Source: Myxococcota bacterium (GTDB taxonomy: Bacteria > Myxococcota_A > UBA9160 > SZUA-336). Taken from it: 64,000 nt of DNA. Of the stretch, positions 28,032 to 37,479 are shown one piece after another. The translations under genes and the position numbers were made by a program. The notes beneath the pieces are model-generated. The model was not told where the DNA came from, did no database searches, and saw only the letters and a program-made list of their open reading frames with translations. Numbering within the stretch: the stretch's first letter is position 1; every line of letters begins with the position of its first letter. The stretch lies in NCBI GenBank assembly GCA_965247115.1, contig CBDFGR010000003.1, forward strand, positions 1,280,001 to 1,344,000, written 5' to 3'.

Positions 28032-28140
28032 TCCTCACTGACCTCCTGTTTTTCCTGGTCGATGATACCTCAGTAAGGGGATCCACCGCGCCAGGACCCC
28101 GACCTCGGCGTTGCGTCGGTCGAAGCGTTAGCCTGTCGTC

Positions 28141-28809
28141 GTGCACACGGGGGGTGCCTGGCTCGCGGTCGTTCTGCTCGGACTGCTCATGGGCTGCGAC
28201 CGCCCTCCGGAGACTCCGGAAGCCCGCATTCGCGCGTTGTTCTCGGAGGTGGAGCGCGCTTCGAGGGAGCGGGACCTCGGCACGCTCCGAGACATGATCT
28301 CCGAGACCTACTCGGACACGAGAGGTCGCAACCAGGAAGACGTACGCGCGATCCTGACGGCGTACTACCTGCGCCGCGGCTCGATTTACGTGCTCACACG
28401 CGTGCGCACCCTCGAGCTCCAGGAGAACGGACGCGCGCGCGCAAGCGTCCTCGCCGGCCTCGCCCGCGCCCCAACCCTCGACTTCGGCGACCTCCGCCGC
28501 CCCCAAGCCGACGTCTACGTTTTCGACCTGGACCTCGCGGAGGAGGAAGACACGCGCTGGCGCGTAACGGCGGCGAGCTGGCGCCAGGCCCTGTGGGACC
28601 CGGCCGCGGGCGGCCGCGGCCACCCACCTCCGCTCAGGCCCAGGGCCTTCGCTGCGCGCGCCGCGTTCGCGGCGCTTGCACGGTTGCCAAGCCTCGTAGG
28701 CAGTTGCCGGTTCTCAACGGAATCTGAACTTGGGGACGGTCCGGCGCCGGCGGGGTTAGCGCGATCTTTGCTTCCATGCGAAGCGCGAGAGGTCCACTCG
28801 GCCGCGTAG
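28141..28809 (+). CDS. Hypothetical lipoprotein (NTF2/SnoaL-like fold) with a repeat-derived C-terminal extension
   Basis: Lipobox LLMGC; apparent domain end WRVTAASWRQA at 28590, then read-through into repeat copy C. Confidence 0.6.
   Translation: MHTGGAWLAVVLLGLLMGCDRPPETPEARIRALFSEVERASRERDLGTLRDMISETYSDTRGRNQEDVRAILTAYYLRRGSIYVLTRVRTLELQENGRARASVLAGLARAPTLDFGDLRRPQADVYVFDLDLAEEEDTRWRVTAASWRQALWDPAAGGRGHPPPLRPRAFAARAAFAALARLPSLVGSCRFSTESELGDGPAPAGLARSLLPCEAREVHSAA
28592..28742 (+). repeat. Three-hairpin dispersed repeat, copy C (with tail shared with copy B)
   Basis: Core 28592-28680 plus the tail CGGTTGCCAAGCCTCGTAGGCAGTTGCCGGTTCTCAACGGAATCTGAACTTGGGGACGGTCC. Confidence 0.9.
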
Positions 28810-29070
28810 GTCGAACTCGATTCCCTCGTCTTCTAGGAGCTCTCGCTGTAGCTCGTCGGGACCGTTGATGCCGCGCGGGCTCACCTGTCCCCGCGCGTTC
28901 AGTACGCGCTGCCACGGAACCTCGTCGTGGGAGAGCGCGTGGAGCGCGTAGCCGACGAGGCGGGCCTGGTTCGGTAGGCCTGCCAGGCGCGCGACCTGGC
29001 CGTAGGTTGCGACCTTGCCGCGCGGGATGCGGCGCACCACGCGATAGATCTGGTCGTACAGGCTCGCCAC
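28756..29070 (-). CDS. Alkyltransferase-like protein (ATL/YbaZ, MGMT family)
   Basis: IPRGKVATYGQVA, ARLVGYAL, PWQRV (Trp in place of the catalytic Cys of PCHRV). Confidence 0.88.
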   Translation of the reverse strand: MASLYDQIYRVVRRIPRGKVATYGQVARLAGLPNQARLVGYALHALSHDEVPWQRVLNARGQVSPRGINGPDELQRELLEDEGIEFDLRGRVDLSRFAWKQRSR

Positions 29071-29150
29071 AGTCGCGAGTCTACCCGGCGCTAATCTTGA
29101 CGGATTAGTATATTTTGATACCTGTCGAGCGAATTGCAGCAGGAGCCGCC

Positions 29151-30251
29151 ATGAGCAGCGTGACCGAGGGTGAGGTGCTGAATGCGCTGCGCCCGATCGA
29201 GGATCCGGACTTCAAGCGCTCCATCGTCGATCTCGGCTTCGTGAAGAACATCGCGATCGACGGCTCCCGCGTCTCCTTCTCGATCGAGCTCACGACGCCC
29301 GCCTGTCCTGTCAAGGAGAAGTTCGAGGGCGCCGCGCGAGCGGCGGTCGGCGCGCTGGACGGGGTCGAGGAGGTCTCCGTGAACATGACCGCACAGACTC
29401 GCGGCACCAGCCATCAGGGCAAGCCCGAGGGCCTCGAGCACGTGCAGAACGCGATCGCGGTCGCCAGCGGTAAGGGCGGCGTGGGAAAGTCGACCATCTC
29501 CGTCAACCTCGCGCTGGCGCTCGCAGCGGGCGGCGCGAAGGTGGGGCTGCTCGACTGCGACATTTACGGTCCGTCGATTCCGCTCATGCTCGGGATCCAG
29601 GGTAGGCCCGAGGTGACGCAGGAGAAGAAGATCATCCCGCTGGAGAGCTTCGGCCTCCAGCTCATGTCGATCGGCTTCCTTGCTGGTGAGAACGGACCGG
29701 TCATTTGGCGCGGACCCATGGTCCACGGAGTCATTCGTCAGTTCCTCGCCGACGTGCGCTGGGGTGAGCTCGACTACCTGGTGCTCGATCTGCCGCCCGG
29801 TACGGGCGACGCCGCACTCACACTGACCCAAACGGCCCCACTCGCTGGCGCGGTCATCGTCACGACACCACAGGAGGTCGCCCTGATCGACGCGCGCAAG
29901 GGACTGCAGATGTTCCAACGCGTGAACGTACCGGTGCTCGGGATCGTGGAGAACATGAGCTACTTCGTCTGCGATGGCTGCGACACCCGACACACCCTCT
30001 TCGGCGAGGGCGGGGGTGCGCGCGCAGCTCGTGAGCTCGGCACCGAGCTTCTCGTCCAGGTCCCCTTCGAGCCGCAGGTAGTGGAGGCCGGCGACGCCGG
30101 CAAGCCAACGCTGATCTCAGAGCCCGACTCGGCCAGCGCCGTGGCCATCCGCGAGCTCGCCGGGCTCGTGGCCCGCAAGCTCTCGATTCTGAACACGGAC
30201 GCACCGCCCGTGCTCGACACCAACATCCAGTGGGTGGACACGCCTGGATGA
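29151..30251 (+). CDS. apbC: Mrp/NBP35 (ApbC) Fe-S cluster carrier ATPase
   Basis: TTPACP, ASGKGGVGKST, WRGPMV, DLPPGTGD, VENMS.CDGC; SD AGGAG. Confidence 0.93.
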   Translation: MSSVTEGEVLNALRPIEDPDFKRSIVDLGFVKNIAIDGSRVSFSIELTTPACPVKEKFEGAARAAVGALDGVEEVSVNMTAQTRGTSHQGKPEGLEHVQNAIAVASGKGGVGKSTISVNLALALAAGGAKVGLLDCDIYGPSIPLMLGIQGRPEVTQEKKIIPLESFGLQLMSIGFLAGENGPVIWRGPMVHGVIRQFLADVRWGELDYLVLDLPPGTGDAALTLTQTAPLAGAVIVTTPQEVALIDARKGLQMFQRVNVPVLGIVENMSYFVCDGCDTRHTLFGEGGGARAARELGTELLVQVPFEPQVVEAGDAGKPTLISEPDSASAVAIRELAGLVARKLSILNTDAPPVLDTNIQWVDTPG

Positions 30252-30571
30252 AGGTCGTTCGCTGGGACTCCGCAGCTCAGCGCTTTGCGTCGGAGAAGAT
30301 GCAGAAGGTCGGTCTGTTCTCGTCTGAGCGCTTCTTTCTCGACCTCTACTGCCTGGAGCCGGGTCAGTCACAGAAGACGCACGCCCATGACGGGTCGGAC
30401 AAGGTCTATCTGGTGGCTCTGGGTGAGGGACGCTTCCAGATCGGCGAGGAGAGCCGGACGCTCGTCACAGGCGAGGCCGTCATGGCTGCCGCGGGCGAGC
30501 TTCACGGGATCACGAACGACTCCAGCGCGCGTCTGGTAGTCCTGACCCTGATGGCCCCGCCACCCTCGTAA
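30248..30571 (+). CDS. Cupin domain protein
   Basis: LEPGQSQKTHAHDGSDKVY...GELHGITN. Confidence 0.8.
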   Translation: MKVVRWDSAAQRFASEKMQKVGLFSSERFFLDLYCLEPGQSQKTHAHDGSDKVYLVALGEGRFQIGEESRTLVTGEAVMAAAGELHGITNDSSARLVVLTLMAPPPS

Positions 30572-30572
30572 G

Positions 30573-31355
30573 GTGAAGAGCGCGCTTGCGATCGCCGGCT
30601 CGGATCCCAGCGGCGGGGCCGGAATTCAGCTCGACCTTCAGGTCTTCGCGCTCCACGGAGTGCACGGGATGGCGGTCCCGACGGCGCTCACGGTGCAGAC
30701 GAGCGTCGGCATCCGCCGCTCGCTACCCGTCTTCCCGAACGTGGTCGGCGAGCAGCTGAGCGCTCTCCTGGACGACATCCGCCCAGACGTCATCAAGATC
30801 GGCATGCTCGCGACCGACGACGTGCTGCTCCGGGTGTCGAGTGTGCTGGAGCGCTTCGACTTGCCTTGCATCGTCGACCCCGTGCTGCGGGCGTCGGACG
30901 GCTCGTTCCTGCTGGAGCGCAGGGCGCTGCGAAATCTGGCGGAGCGCGTGATTCCCGGTGCCAGCCTGGTCACGCCGAACCTGTCGGAGGCCGAGGTTCT
31001 GACCGGAACCACGGATCCGGAGCGCGCGGCCCGCGCGCTGCTAGATATGGGCGCCGGCGCCGCTCTCATAAAGGGCGGACACGCCGAGGGCCCGGCGGAC
31101 GACTTTCTGCTGACCGAGCAGGGTGAGTGCTGGATCTCCAGCGACCGCGTCCCCGGCGGCAGCGTTCACGGCACCGGGTGTGCGCTCTCCTCGTCGATCG
31201 CGGCTCGCTGCGCGCGTGGGGAGGGACTCGAGGAGTCCGTACGCGGAGCCAAGCGCTGGCTCACGAAGGCGATCGTGGAGGCCGAGCAGCTCGGTAAGGG
31301 CCAGCTGTACCTGCGCCTCCGGCCGGATCGAGATTACTTGGAGCGCTCGATGTAG
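30573..31355 (+). CDS. thiD: Hydroxymethylpyrimidine/phosphomethylpyrimidine kinase
   Basis: IAGSDPSGGAGIQLD, KIGML, VTPNLSEA, HGTGCALSS. Confidence 0.92.
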   Translation: MKSALAIAGSDPSGGAGIQLDLQVFALHGVHGMAVPTALTVQTSVGIRRSLPVFPNVVGEQLSALLDDIRPDVIKIGMLATDDVLLRVSSVLERFDLPCIVDPVLRASDGSFLLERRALRNLAERVIPGASLVTPNLSEAEVLTGTTDPERAARALLDMGAGAALIKGGHAEGPADDFLLTEQGECWISSDRVPGGSVHGTGCALSSSIAARCARGEGLEESVRGAKRWLTKAIVEAEQLGKGQLYLRLRPDRDYLERSM

Positions 31356-31900
31356 CGAAGCTCGCCGGGATCCACGCGGATCCGGTCCCCCGCGTCGATG
31401 AAGGGGGGCACCTGAAGGCTCACGCCGTTGTCGAGCACGGCGGGCTTGCTCGACTTGGCCGCGGTCTGGCCCTTGACGACGGGCTCCGCCTCGCGCACGC
31501 CAATCTCGACTGTCTTCGGCAGCTGCAGGCCGATCGGGTTCCCGTCGAGGAGCTCCACGTGGAGGCGCATGCCTTCGCTGAGCCATGGAGCCGCGTCTCC
31601 GAGCGCTTCCTTCGGCAGGCTGAGCTGCTCGTAGTTCTCCGTGTCCATGAATATGGCCGCAGCGGGCTCCGCGTAGAGGTACTCCATCTCGCGGGCCTCG
31701 ACATGGGCCCGCTCGATGAACTCCGAGGCGGAGAATCTCACCTCGCGCTGTGTGCCGTCGAGCAGGTTGCGTAGCTTGGTCTGCACGAAGCCGCGTTTGT
31801 TGCCTGGCGTGCGGTGCTCGAACTGGAGCACGCGATACGGAACCCCTTCGTGAACGATGGGTGTTCCACGTCTCAGACCGGTCGCCTGGATCTCCGCCAT
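31334..31900 (-). CDS. efp: Elongation factor P (Asn at position 34)
   Basis: HRTPGNKRGFVQTKLRNL, FMDTENYEQ, KPAVLDNG..QVPPFI, YIER. Confidence 0.92.
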   Translation of the reverse strand: MAEIQATGLRRGTPIVHEGVPYRVLQFEHRTPGNKRGFVQTKLRNLLDGTQREVRFSASEFIERAHVEAREMEYLYAEPAAAIFMDTENYEQLSLPKEALGDAAPWLSEGMRLHVELLDGNPIGLQLPKTVEIGVREAEPVVKGQTAAKSSKPAVLDNGVSLQVPPFIDAGDRIRVDPGELRYIERSK

Positions 31901-31905
31901 CTTGC

Positions 31906-33336
31906 CTAACCCTGCTTGAGCCTCGCGAGCAAGCGCTCCCAGATGCCGCCGAAGGCCCCGTTCGACATGATCAGGGCCACGTCAGCGCCGGTCCGACCCG
32001 TCACGAGGTACTCGATGATGTCATCGACATCCGGGAGAAACACTGCCTCCCTGCCGAGCTGCTCGAGCTCGCTCGTGATCCGTTCGGGCCGCAGTCGCTC
32101 TTCCTCCGGAATCAGCTCCGGCCGAAATACGCCGGCGAGGATTGTCGCATCTGCGCCGCCAAGTGCCTTGCTGAACTCAGCCTCGAAGTAGCGGCGCCGG
32201 CTGGTGTTCGTGCGCGGCTCGAAGACCGCCCACAGCTTGCGCTCGGGATAACTGGCCCGAATGGCGGCGATCGTCTCGCGCACCGCCGTGGGGTGGTGCG
32301 CGAAGTCGTCGATGACCGCAAAGCCGTTCTCTTCCCCCCGCAGCTCCTGCCGACGACGTACTCCCTGGAACTCCTCCAGCGCCTCGGCGGCTTGCTCCGG
32401 ATCCACGCCGAGTGCGTCGCTCACCGCGACGGCTCCGACCGCGTTCTCCACGTTGTGACGGCCGTACATCGGTAGCCGAATTCGCGACATGCGCCGGCTC
32501 TCCTTCCAGAGCGTGAAGCTCGTGCCGTCGGAGTCGAAGGCGATGTCGCTCACGCGCCAGAGCGCGGGATCCCGGAATCCGTAGCCCTCTACCCTGGCTC
32601 GCGCGCCGTCCAGCACGTCGCGGACGCTCTCTGCATCGCTCGCAGCGATGATGCACCCGTCCTCCGGCACTGCCGCCACGAGCTTTCGGAACTCGGCCTG
32701 GATCTGCGAAAGCGACGCGTAGATATCGGCGTGGTCGAACTCGCAGGAGGTGAGGAGCAGCGTACGGGCAGCGTAGTGCAGGAACTTTGGCGTCTTGTCG
32801 AAGAACGCCGTGTCGTACTCGTCCCCCTCGATCACGAAGTGCTCGCCCCGACCGAGGCGTATGCTGCCGCCGAGATTCCGCGCGACTCCACCTACCAGGA
32901 CGCTCGGGTCCCTCCCCGCATGAGTGAGGATCCAGCCGATCAAGCTCGTCGCGGTGGTCTTGCCGTGCGTGCCCGTCACGACCACGCTGTGCTTTCCGCG
33001 CATGAAGAACAACTGCACCGCGTCGGGGAAGGAGAGGTAGGGAAGGCCGCCGTCGATGGCGGCGCGCGCCTCCGAGTTGTCCTTGCTCACGGTGTTCCCG
33101 ATCACCACCAGGTCCGGAGCCTCGCGCAGCACGTGGTCGGCCACATAGCCCTTTTGCACCTCGATCGCCGCGTCGCGGAGCTGATCGCTCATGGGCGGGT
33201 AGGTGTCGAGATCGCTCCCGGTCACGCGAAAGCCCTGATCCGCGAGCATACAGGCCAGCGAGCCCATCCCCGTGCCTGCGATCGCAATCAGGTGGACGTG
33301 GCGGATCGCCTCCAGTGGCGGCAGCTCAGGCGGCAA
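31906..33336 (-). CDS. mpl: Murein peptide ligase (UDP-MurNAc:L-Ala-gamma-D-Glu-mDAP ligase)
   Basis: IAGTGMGSLA, YPPMSDQL, GTHGKTT, EGDEYDTAFFDKTPKFLHY, DDFAHHPTA, MSNGAFGGI. Confidence 0.92.
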   Translation of the reverse strand: MPPELPPLEAIRHVHLIAIAGTGMGSLACMLADQGFRVTGSDLDTYPPMSDQLRDAAIEVQKGYVADHVLREAPDLVVIGNTVSKDNSEARAAIDGGLPYLSFPDAVQLFFMRGKHSVVVTGTHGKTTATSLIGWILTHAGRDPSVLVGGVARNLGGSIRLGRGEHFVIEGDEYDTAFFDKTPKFLHYAARTLLLTSCEFDHADIYASLSQIQAEFRKLVAAVPEDGCIIAASDAESVRDVLDGARARVEGYGFRDPALWRVSDIAFDSDGTSFTLWKESRRMSRIRLPMYGRHNVENAVGAVAVSDALGVDPEQAAEALEEFQGVRRRQELRGEENGFAVIDDFAHHPTAVRETIAAIRASYPERKLWAVFEPRTNTSRRRYFEAEFSKALGGADATILAGVFRPELIPEEERLRPERITSELEQLGREAVFLPDVDDIIEYLVTGRTGADVALIMSNGAFGGIWERLLARLKQG

Positions 33337-34501
33337 GGAACGCCTCCCAGATCAGGTCGTGCACATGGGGCCGCAGCTCGAAGCGGCTGCGCTTGGCGAC
33401 GAGATGCACTCGGTTGGACAGCATCACGACCACCCAGCTGCGCGGGAGGTCGATCCACAGGCTCGTGCCCGTGAAGCCTGTGTGCCCGATCGAGCGAGGC
33501 GAGAAGTAGCGTCCTGACGTCGAGCGACCGGGAGTGGGCGTATCCCAGCCGAGCGCCCAGTCGCTGCCCGGAGTGAGCTCCTGCCGACGAGAGAACTCGC
33601 GGGCGACCTGCTGCGAGAAGAGCTGGCTCTCTCCGCGGTCGGCGGCCAGCATCTCGCTGGCAAAGCGGAGCACGTCTTCCGCCGTTCCGAACAGACCCGC
33701 GTGCCCGGCCACTCCGCCCATGGCCCAGGCGTTCGGATCGTGGACCTCTCCCCAGACGACCTTGTCGCGCCAGGCGCAGTCCTCCGTCGCGGCAATCCTC
33801 GCCCGTGCGGCGCGGAACGGAATCGGGTTGAAGCCCGTGTCCGTCATCCCCAGGGGCTCGTAGATGCGTCGCTTGCAGAAAGAGTCGAGCGGCTCCTTGG
33901 CCAGCTCGCTCACGATCTGGCCCAACACGATGAAGCCCAGGTCCCCGTACACGGATGCCTCGCGTGGCTCGTGGACGGGCGCGCTGCGCAGGATGCGATT
34001 CACGATCGAATCGCGGCCCGCTGAGGTAGCGAGCAGCCGATCGCCGAAGCGGCGCTCGCGCTCGCGCAGGTCCGCGTGGTAGGCGCGCCAGGGCCGTAAG
34101 CCCGAGCAGTGCGCCAGGAGGTGGCGCACGCTGATCTTCTCCTTGCCGTGCTCTGCGAAGGCCGGCAACACGTCCATGACGGGCTGGTCCAGCGCGAGCT
34201 TCTGCTCCGCCAGCAAGAGCATCAGCGCTGGTGTGGTCGCCATCACTTTGGTCAGTGAGGCCAGGTCGTAGACCGTATCCGGCTGCACTTCGTGTCGCTC
34301 CGGCGAGAGAACCGCGGCGCCGTGCACTCCTCGGTAGCGGAGCTCCTCGCCGGCGCGAAGTCGGCTCCCTGGCACCTCGGAGCTCGCTGCGCCGAGCAGC
34401 ACGGACTCAATCACGGCGCCCGGGAGCTCTCCCTTCTGGATCGCTCGATCGACGGCGCGGTCGACCTTCGCGAGCTTGTTTCGTACGGCGGCCAGCCTCA
34501 A
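33326..34501 (-). CDS. Serine hydrolase, beta-lactamase class C/PBP4* fold (AmiE/YbbE-like)
   Basis: DLASLTK (SxxK), GEVHDPNAWAMGGVAGHAGLF, GHTGFTGTSLWID, SNRVH. Confidence 0.85.
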   Translation of the reverse strand: MRLAAVRNKLAKVDRAVDRAIQKGELPGAVIESVLLGAASSEVPGSRLRAGEELRYRGVHGAAVLSPERHEVQPDTVYDLASLTKVMATTPALMLLLAEQKLALDQPVMDVLPAFAEHGKEKISVRHLLAHCSGLRPWRAYHADLRERERRFGDRLLATSAGRDSIVNRILRSAPVHEPREASVYGDLGFIVLGQIVSELAKEPLDSFCKRRIYEPLGMTDTGFNPIPFRAARARIAATEDCAWRDKVVWGEVHDPNAWAMGGVAGHAGLFGTAEDVLRFASEMLAADRGESQLFSQQVAREFSRRQELTPGSDWALGWDTPTPGRSTSGRYFSPRSIGHTGFTGTSLWIDLPRSWVVVMLSNRVHLVAKRSRFELRPHVHDLIWEAFLAA

Positions 34502-35436
34502 GCGCCCTCCTCCACGACCGGGCCGAGCAGGGTCAGCGTGCCGAGGTTGCCGTCGAGCTCCGCGGCGATCCCGAACCCGAGCGCGCGATTGTCCGCGACG
34601 TGTCCGATCGGCAGATCCTCGACGATGGGCCCTTCGACCTCGGCCTTCAGGATCTCGGCAACCACGTGTCGTGCCGTAACGTCAGGGTAGCGCTCGGAGG
34701 CGCAGTCCACGAGCCGCCCGATGGCAACGCCACGCGCCGCCCGAAGCTTGCCCGCCTCCCGTAGCTGCACCAGCGTCCGGTCGATCGCGTAGGGCTCCTC
34801 TCCGACCTCCTCGAGGAACAGGATGGCGCCGCGCGTGTCCACCTCCCACGGCGTACCCAGGCTTCCCGCGAGCAACGTCAGGTTTCCGCCGACCAGGCGC
34901 CCCCGACTCCGACCGCCTTTGAGCCGGGAACCCTCGAGCGGGACCAGCCACCCCGCGCCCCCGCGCAGCAGCTCGAGCAGGCGCTCCTGAGCCTCGGGCG
35001 TCGTGTCATTGCGCTCCAGCATGGGACCGTGGACTCCGGCGAGCCGCGCGCAGCGAGCGAGCCAGAGCAAGAGCAACGTGGCGTCGCTAAAGCCCACGAA
35101 GAGCTTCCGCGTGCGGCGGATCTCCCTGGGGTCCAGCCGCGCGAGCAACCTACCCAGTCCGTAGCCTCCCCGTGCCAGGATGATCGCGCGGACCTCCGGC
35201 GCGCGGACCAGCTCGAGCAGGTCCGCAAGCCGCTCCTCGTCGCCACCGGCGAGGAAGCCGGAGCGATCGCGCAGATGTGTCGCGCAGCGCGTCTTGTAGC
35301 CCGCCCGGTCGAGCCAGCTCAGTCCAGCCTCCAGCGCGGTAGCGTTCACGGGACCGGACGGCGCGCAGATGCCGACGGTGGAGCCTGGCGGGAGCGCGAG
35401 CGGCTTCGTGAGCTTGCGCCCGAGCCCGAGCCGCAT
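34498..35436 (-). CDS. ldcA: LD-carboxypeptidase (peptidase S66)
   Basis: ARGGYG, GFSDAT, GGNL, LEEVGE, IGH triad motifs. Confidence 0.9.
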   Translation of the reverse strand: MRLGLGRKLTKPLALPPGSTVGICAPSGPVNATALEAGLSWLDRAGYKTRCATHLRDRSGFLAGGDEERLADLLELVRAPEVRAIILARGGYGLGRLLARLDPREIRRTRKLFVGFSDATLLLLWLARCARLAGVHGPMLERNDTTPEAQERLLELLRGGAGWLVPLEGSRLKGGRSRGRLVGGNLTLLAGSLGTPWEVDTRGAILFLEEVGEEPYAIDRTLVQLREAGKLRAARGVAIGRLVDCASERYPDVTARHVVAEILKAEVEGPIVEDLPIGHVADNRALGFGIAAELDGNLGTLTLLGPVVEEGA

Positions 35437-36890
35437 CAGAACGGCGGCTCCGTGCTGCCTCCACTGTTCCAGCCCTCCGGCTCTGGCCCCGGATCAAAGC
35501 CCGCTTCGACCGGGGGCGCAGCGTCGAGACCCGCCAGGTTGTGGAAGCGTCCGTAGCGCTTCTCGAACTGGAGCTTGGTCGTGCCGATCGGACCGTTGCG
35601 CTGCTTTGCGATGATCACCTCTGCAATGCCCTGGTCCGGACTATCTTCGTCGTAGAGCTCGTCGCGGTAAATGAACACCACGTTGTCGGCATCCTGCTCG
35701 ATCGCACCAGACTCGCGCAGGTCGGCCAGCTGTGGGCGCTTGTCGGGACGATTCTCCGGACCGCGGTTGAGCTGGGACAGTGCGATCACGGGGACATCGA
35801 GATCCTTGGACAGGAGCTTGAGCGAGCGGCTGATATCTGCCACCTGCTGCTCGCGCCGCTCCTCGTCCCGGCGCCCCTGGATTAGCTGGATGTAGTCGAC
35901 GATGAGCAGGGTCAGGTTCTGCTCTCGGTGCAGCCGCCTGGCGCGAGCAGAGATGTCGCCCACGGTGACGGCCATGCTGTCGTCCAGGTACAGACGTGTG
36001 CTCTCGAGCGTCGTCGCCGCGTGGGTCAGGCGCGTCCAATCCTCGTCGGAGAGCATCCCGTTCGCGAAGCGAACGTTGTCGACCTTGGCCTCTGAAAATA
36101 GGAAGCGCAGCACCAGCTCCCGCTTGGTCATCTCGAGTGAGAAAAAACCGACACAGCCGTTCTGGTTCACGGCATGGTTGCGCGCCACATTGAGAGCCAG
36201 AGCGGTCTTCCCCACGCTGGGGCGGGCGGCCAGGACCAACAGCTCGCCACCGTGTAGGCCGCCGGTCCTGCGATCGAAGTCCTCGAAGCCCGTGCGCACG
36301 CCGACCACCTCACCAGCCTGGACTCGCTCGATGTGGTCGAACGTGCTCTGCATCTCGTCGCGCATCGACGTGAACTGGTTCTGCGCGTGACCGATTGCGA
36401 TCTGCAAGATCTCGCGCTCGGCGTGCTCGAGCAGCTCGTCGACCGTCTCGCGCCCGGAGTAGCCGCGCGACGAGACCTCCTCGCAGCTGCGGATCAGCGC
36501 GCGGGCCAGCGATTTCTCGCGCAGGATGGTGGCGTGATGCTCGATGTGCGCGGCCGTGGGAACGGCATCGGCCACTCGGCTCAGGAACGCCACACCACCG
36601 ATCTGATCGAGCTGGCCCTGCTCCTCGAGGTAGCTCCGCAGAGTGATCAGGGTTGCCGCCTGCTGCTTCGCGGCCAGCTCGACACAGGCCTCGTACAGTA
36701 TGCGGTGCCTCGGCAGATCGAAGGCTTGGGGGCTCAGCTTGTCCTCGACCTTGAAGTAGGAGTCGTGGTCGAGGATGAGCGCGCCTAGCACCGCACGCTC
36801 GGCCTCGTGATCGGAAGGGATCGCCCGGAGGCTCTCCTGCCGCCGCGCTCCGCCCCTAGCTCTGCTGCTGACTTCCGTCTCGGTCGCCAA
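35436..36890 (-). CDS. dnaB: Replicative DNA helicase
   Basis: AARPSVGKT, FSLEM, VDYIQL, LSQLNR, DLRESGAIEQDAD, KQRNGP. Confidence 0.97.
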   Translation of the reverse strand: MATETEVSSRARGGARRQESLRAIPSDHEAERAVLGALILDHDSYFKVEDKLSPQAFDLPRHRILYEACVELAAKQQAATLITLRSYLEEQGQLDQIGGVAFLSRVADAVPTAAHIEHHATILREKSLARALIRSCEEVSSRGYSGRETVDELLEHAEREILQIAIGHAQNQFTSMRDEMQSTFDHIERVQAGEVVGVRTGFEDFDRRTGGLHGGELLVLAARPSVGKTALALNVARNHAVNQNGCVGFFSLEMTKRELVLRFLFSEAKVDNVRFANGMLSDEDWTRLTHAATTLESTRLYLDDSMAVTVGDISARARRLHREQNLTLLIVDYIQLIQGRRDEERREQQVADISRSLKLLSKDLDVPVIALSQLNRGPENRPDKRPQLADLRESGAIEQDADNVVFIYRDELYDEDSPDQGIAEVIIAKQRNGPIGTTKLQFEKRYGRFHNLAGLDAAPPVEAGFDPGPEPEGWNSGGSTEPPF

Positions 36891-36926
36891 ACCTCTCCCC
36901 CACGGAAGCCACAGTGTACACCGTGA

Positions 36927-37469
36927 CTACTCGTCGAAGGAGGCTTCCTCGTCGGAAACTTCGGCGGAATCCTCGGTCTCCGCCTCGGACTCCAGCTCCT
37001 CTGGCTCGGGGCTCCCCGCCGAGACGACCTTGACCTGGAGCTCGGCGATCACCTCGCGGTGGAGCCGCACCGAGGCGCTGTGGTCTCCCGCCTGCTTGAT
37101 CGCCTCTGCCAGCTCGATCTTCCTGCGGTCGATCTCGAAGCCCCCCTCGGCCAGGCGCGCGGCGATATCGGCGTTGGTCACCGATCCAAAGAGCTTGCCC
37201 TCGGGGCTCGCCTGCATCTCGAAGGTGAGATCGACGCCGGCCAGCCCGCGGGCGATCTCCTCCTGGACAGCGACGTCCTTGCGTTGCTTCTCGTCGACGA
37301 CCCGGCGCTGATGCTCCAAGCGCTTGACGCGCCCGGGGGTCGCAAGCATCGCCTTGCCCTGCGGCAGCAGGAAGTTCCGCCCGAAGCCGGGGCGAACCTT
37401 CACCACCTCGCCGGCCAGACCCAGCTTGGGGATGTCCTCGGTGAGAACGACTTGCATCGATCCGGCCAC
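36927..37469 (-). CDS. rplI: 50S ribosomal protein L9
   Basis: LGLAGEVVKVRPGFGRNFLLP, KLFGSVT. Confidence 0.96.
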   Translation of the reverse strand: MAGSMQVVLTEDIPKLGLAGEVVKVRPGFGRNFLLPQGKAMLATPGRVKRLEHQRRVVDEKQRKDVAVQEEIARGLAGVDLTFEMQASPEGKLFGSVTNADIAARLAEGGFEIDRRKIELAEAIKQAGDHSASVRLHREVIAELQVKVVSAGSPEPEELESEAETEDSAEVSDEEASFDE

Positions 37470-37479
37470 CGCGTGCCTC

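Noticed and set aside
33326..34501. Beta-lactam resistance gene (and chloramphenicol resistance for 57986-58630)
   Set aside because: Only fold-level similarity is seen. The hydrolase has no signal peptide and sits in a peptidoglycan recycling context, and CPT-like kinases are widespread with unknown substrates.
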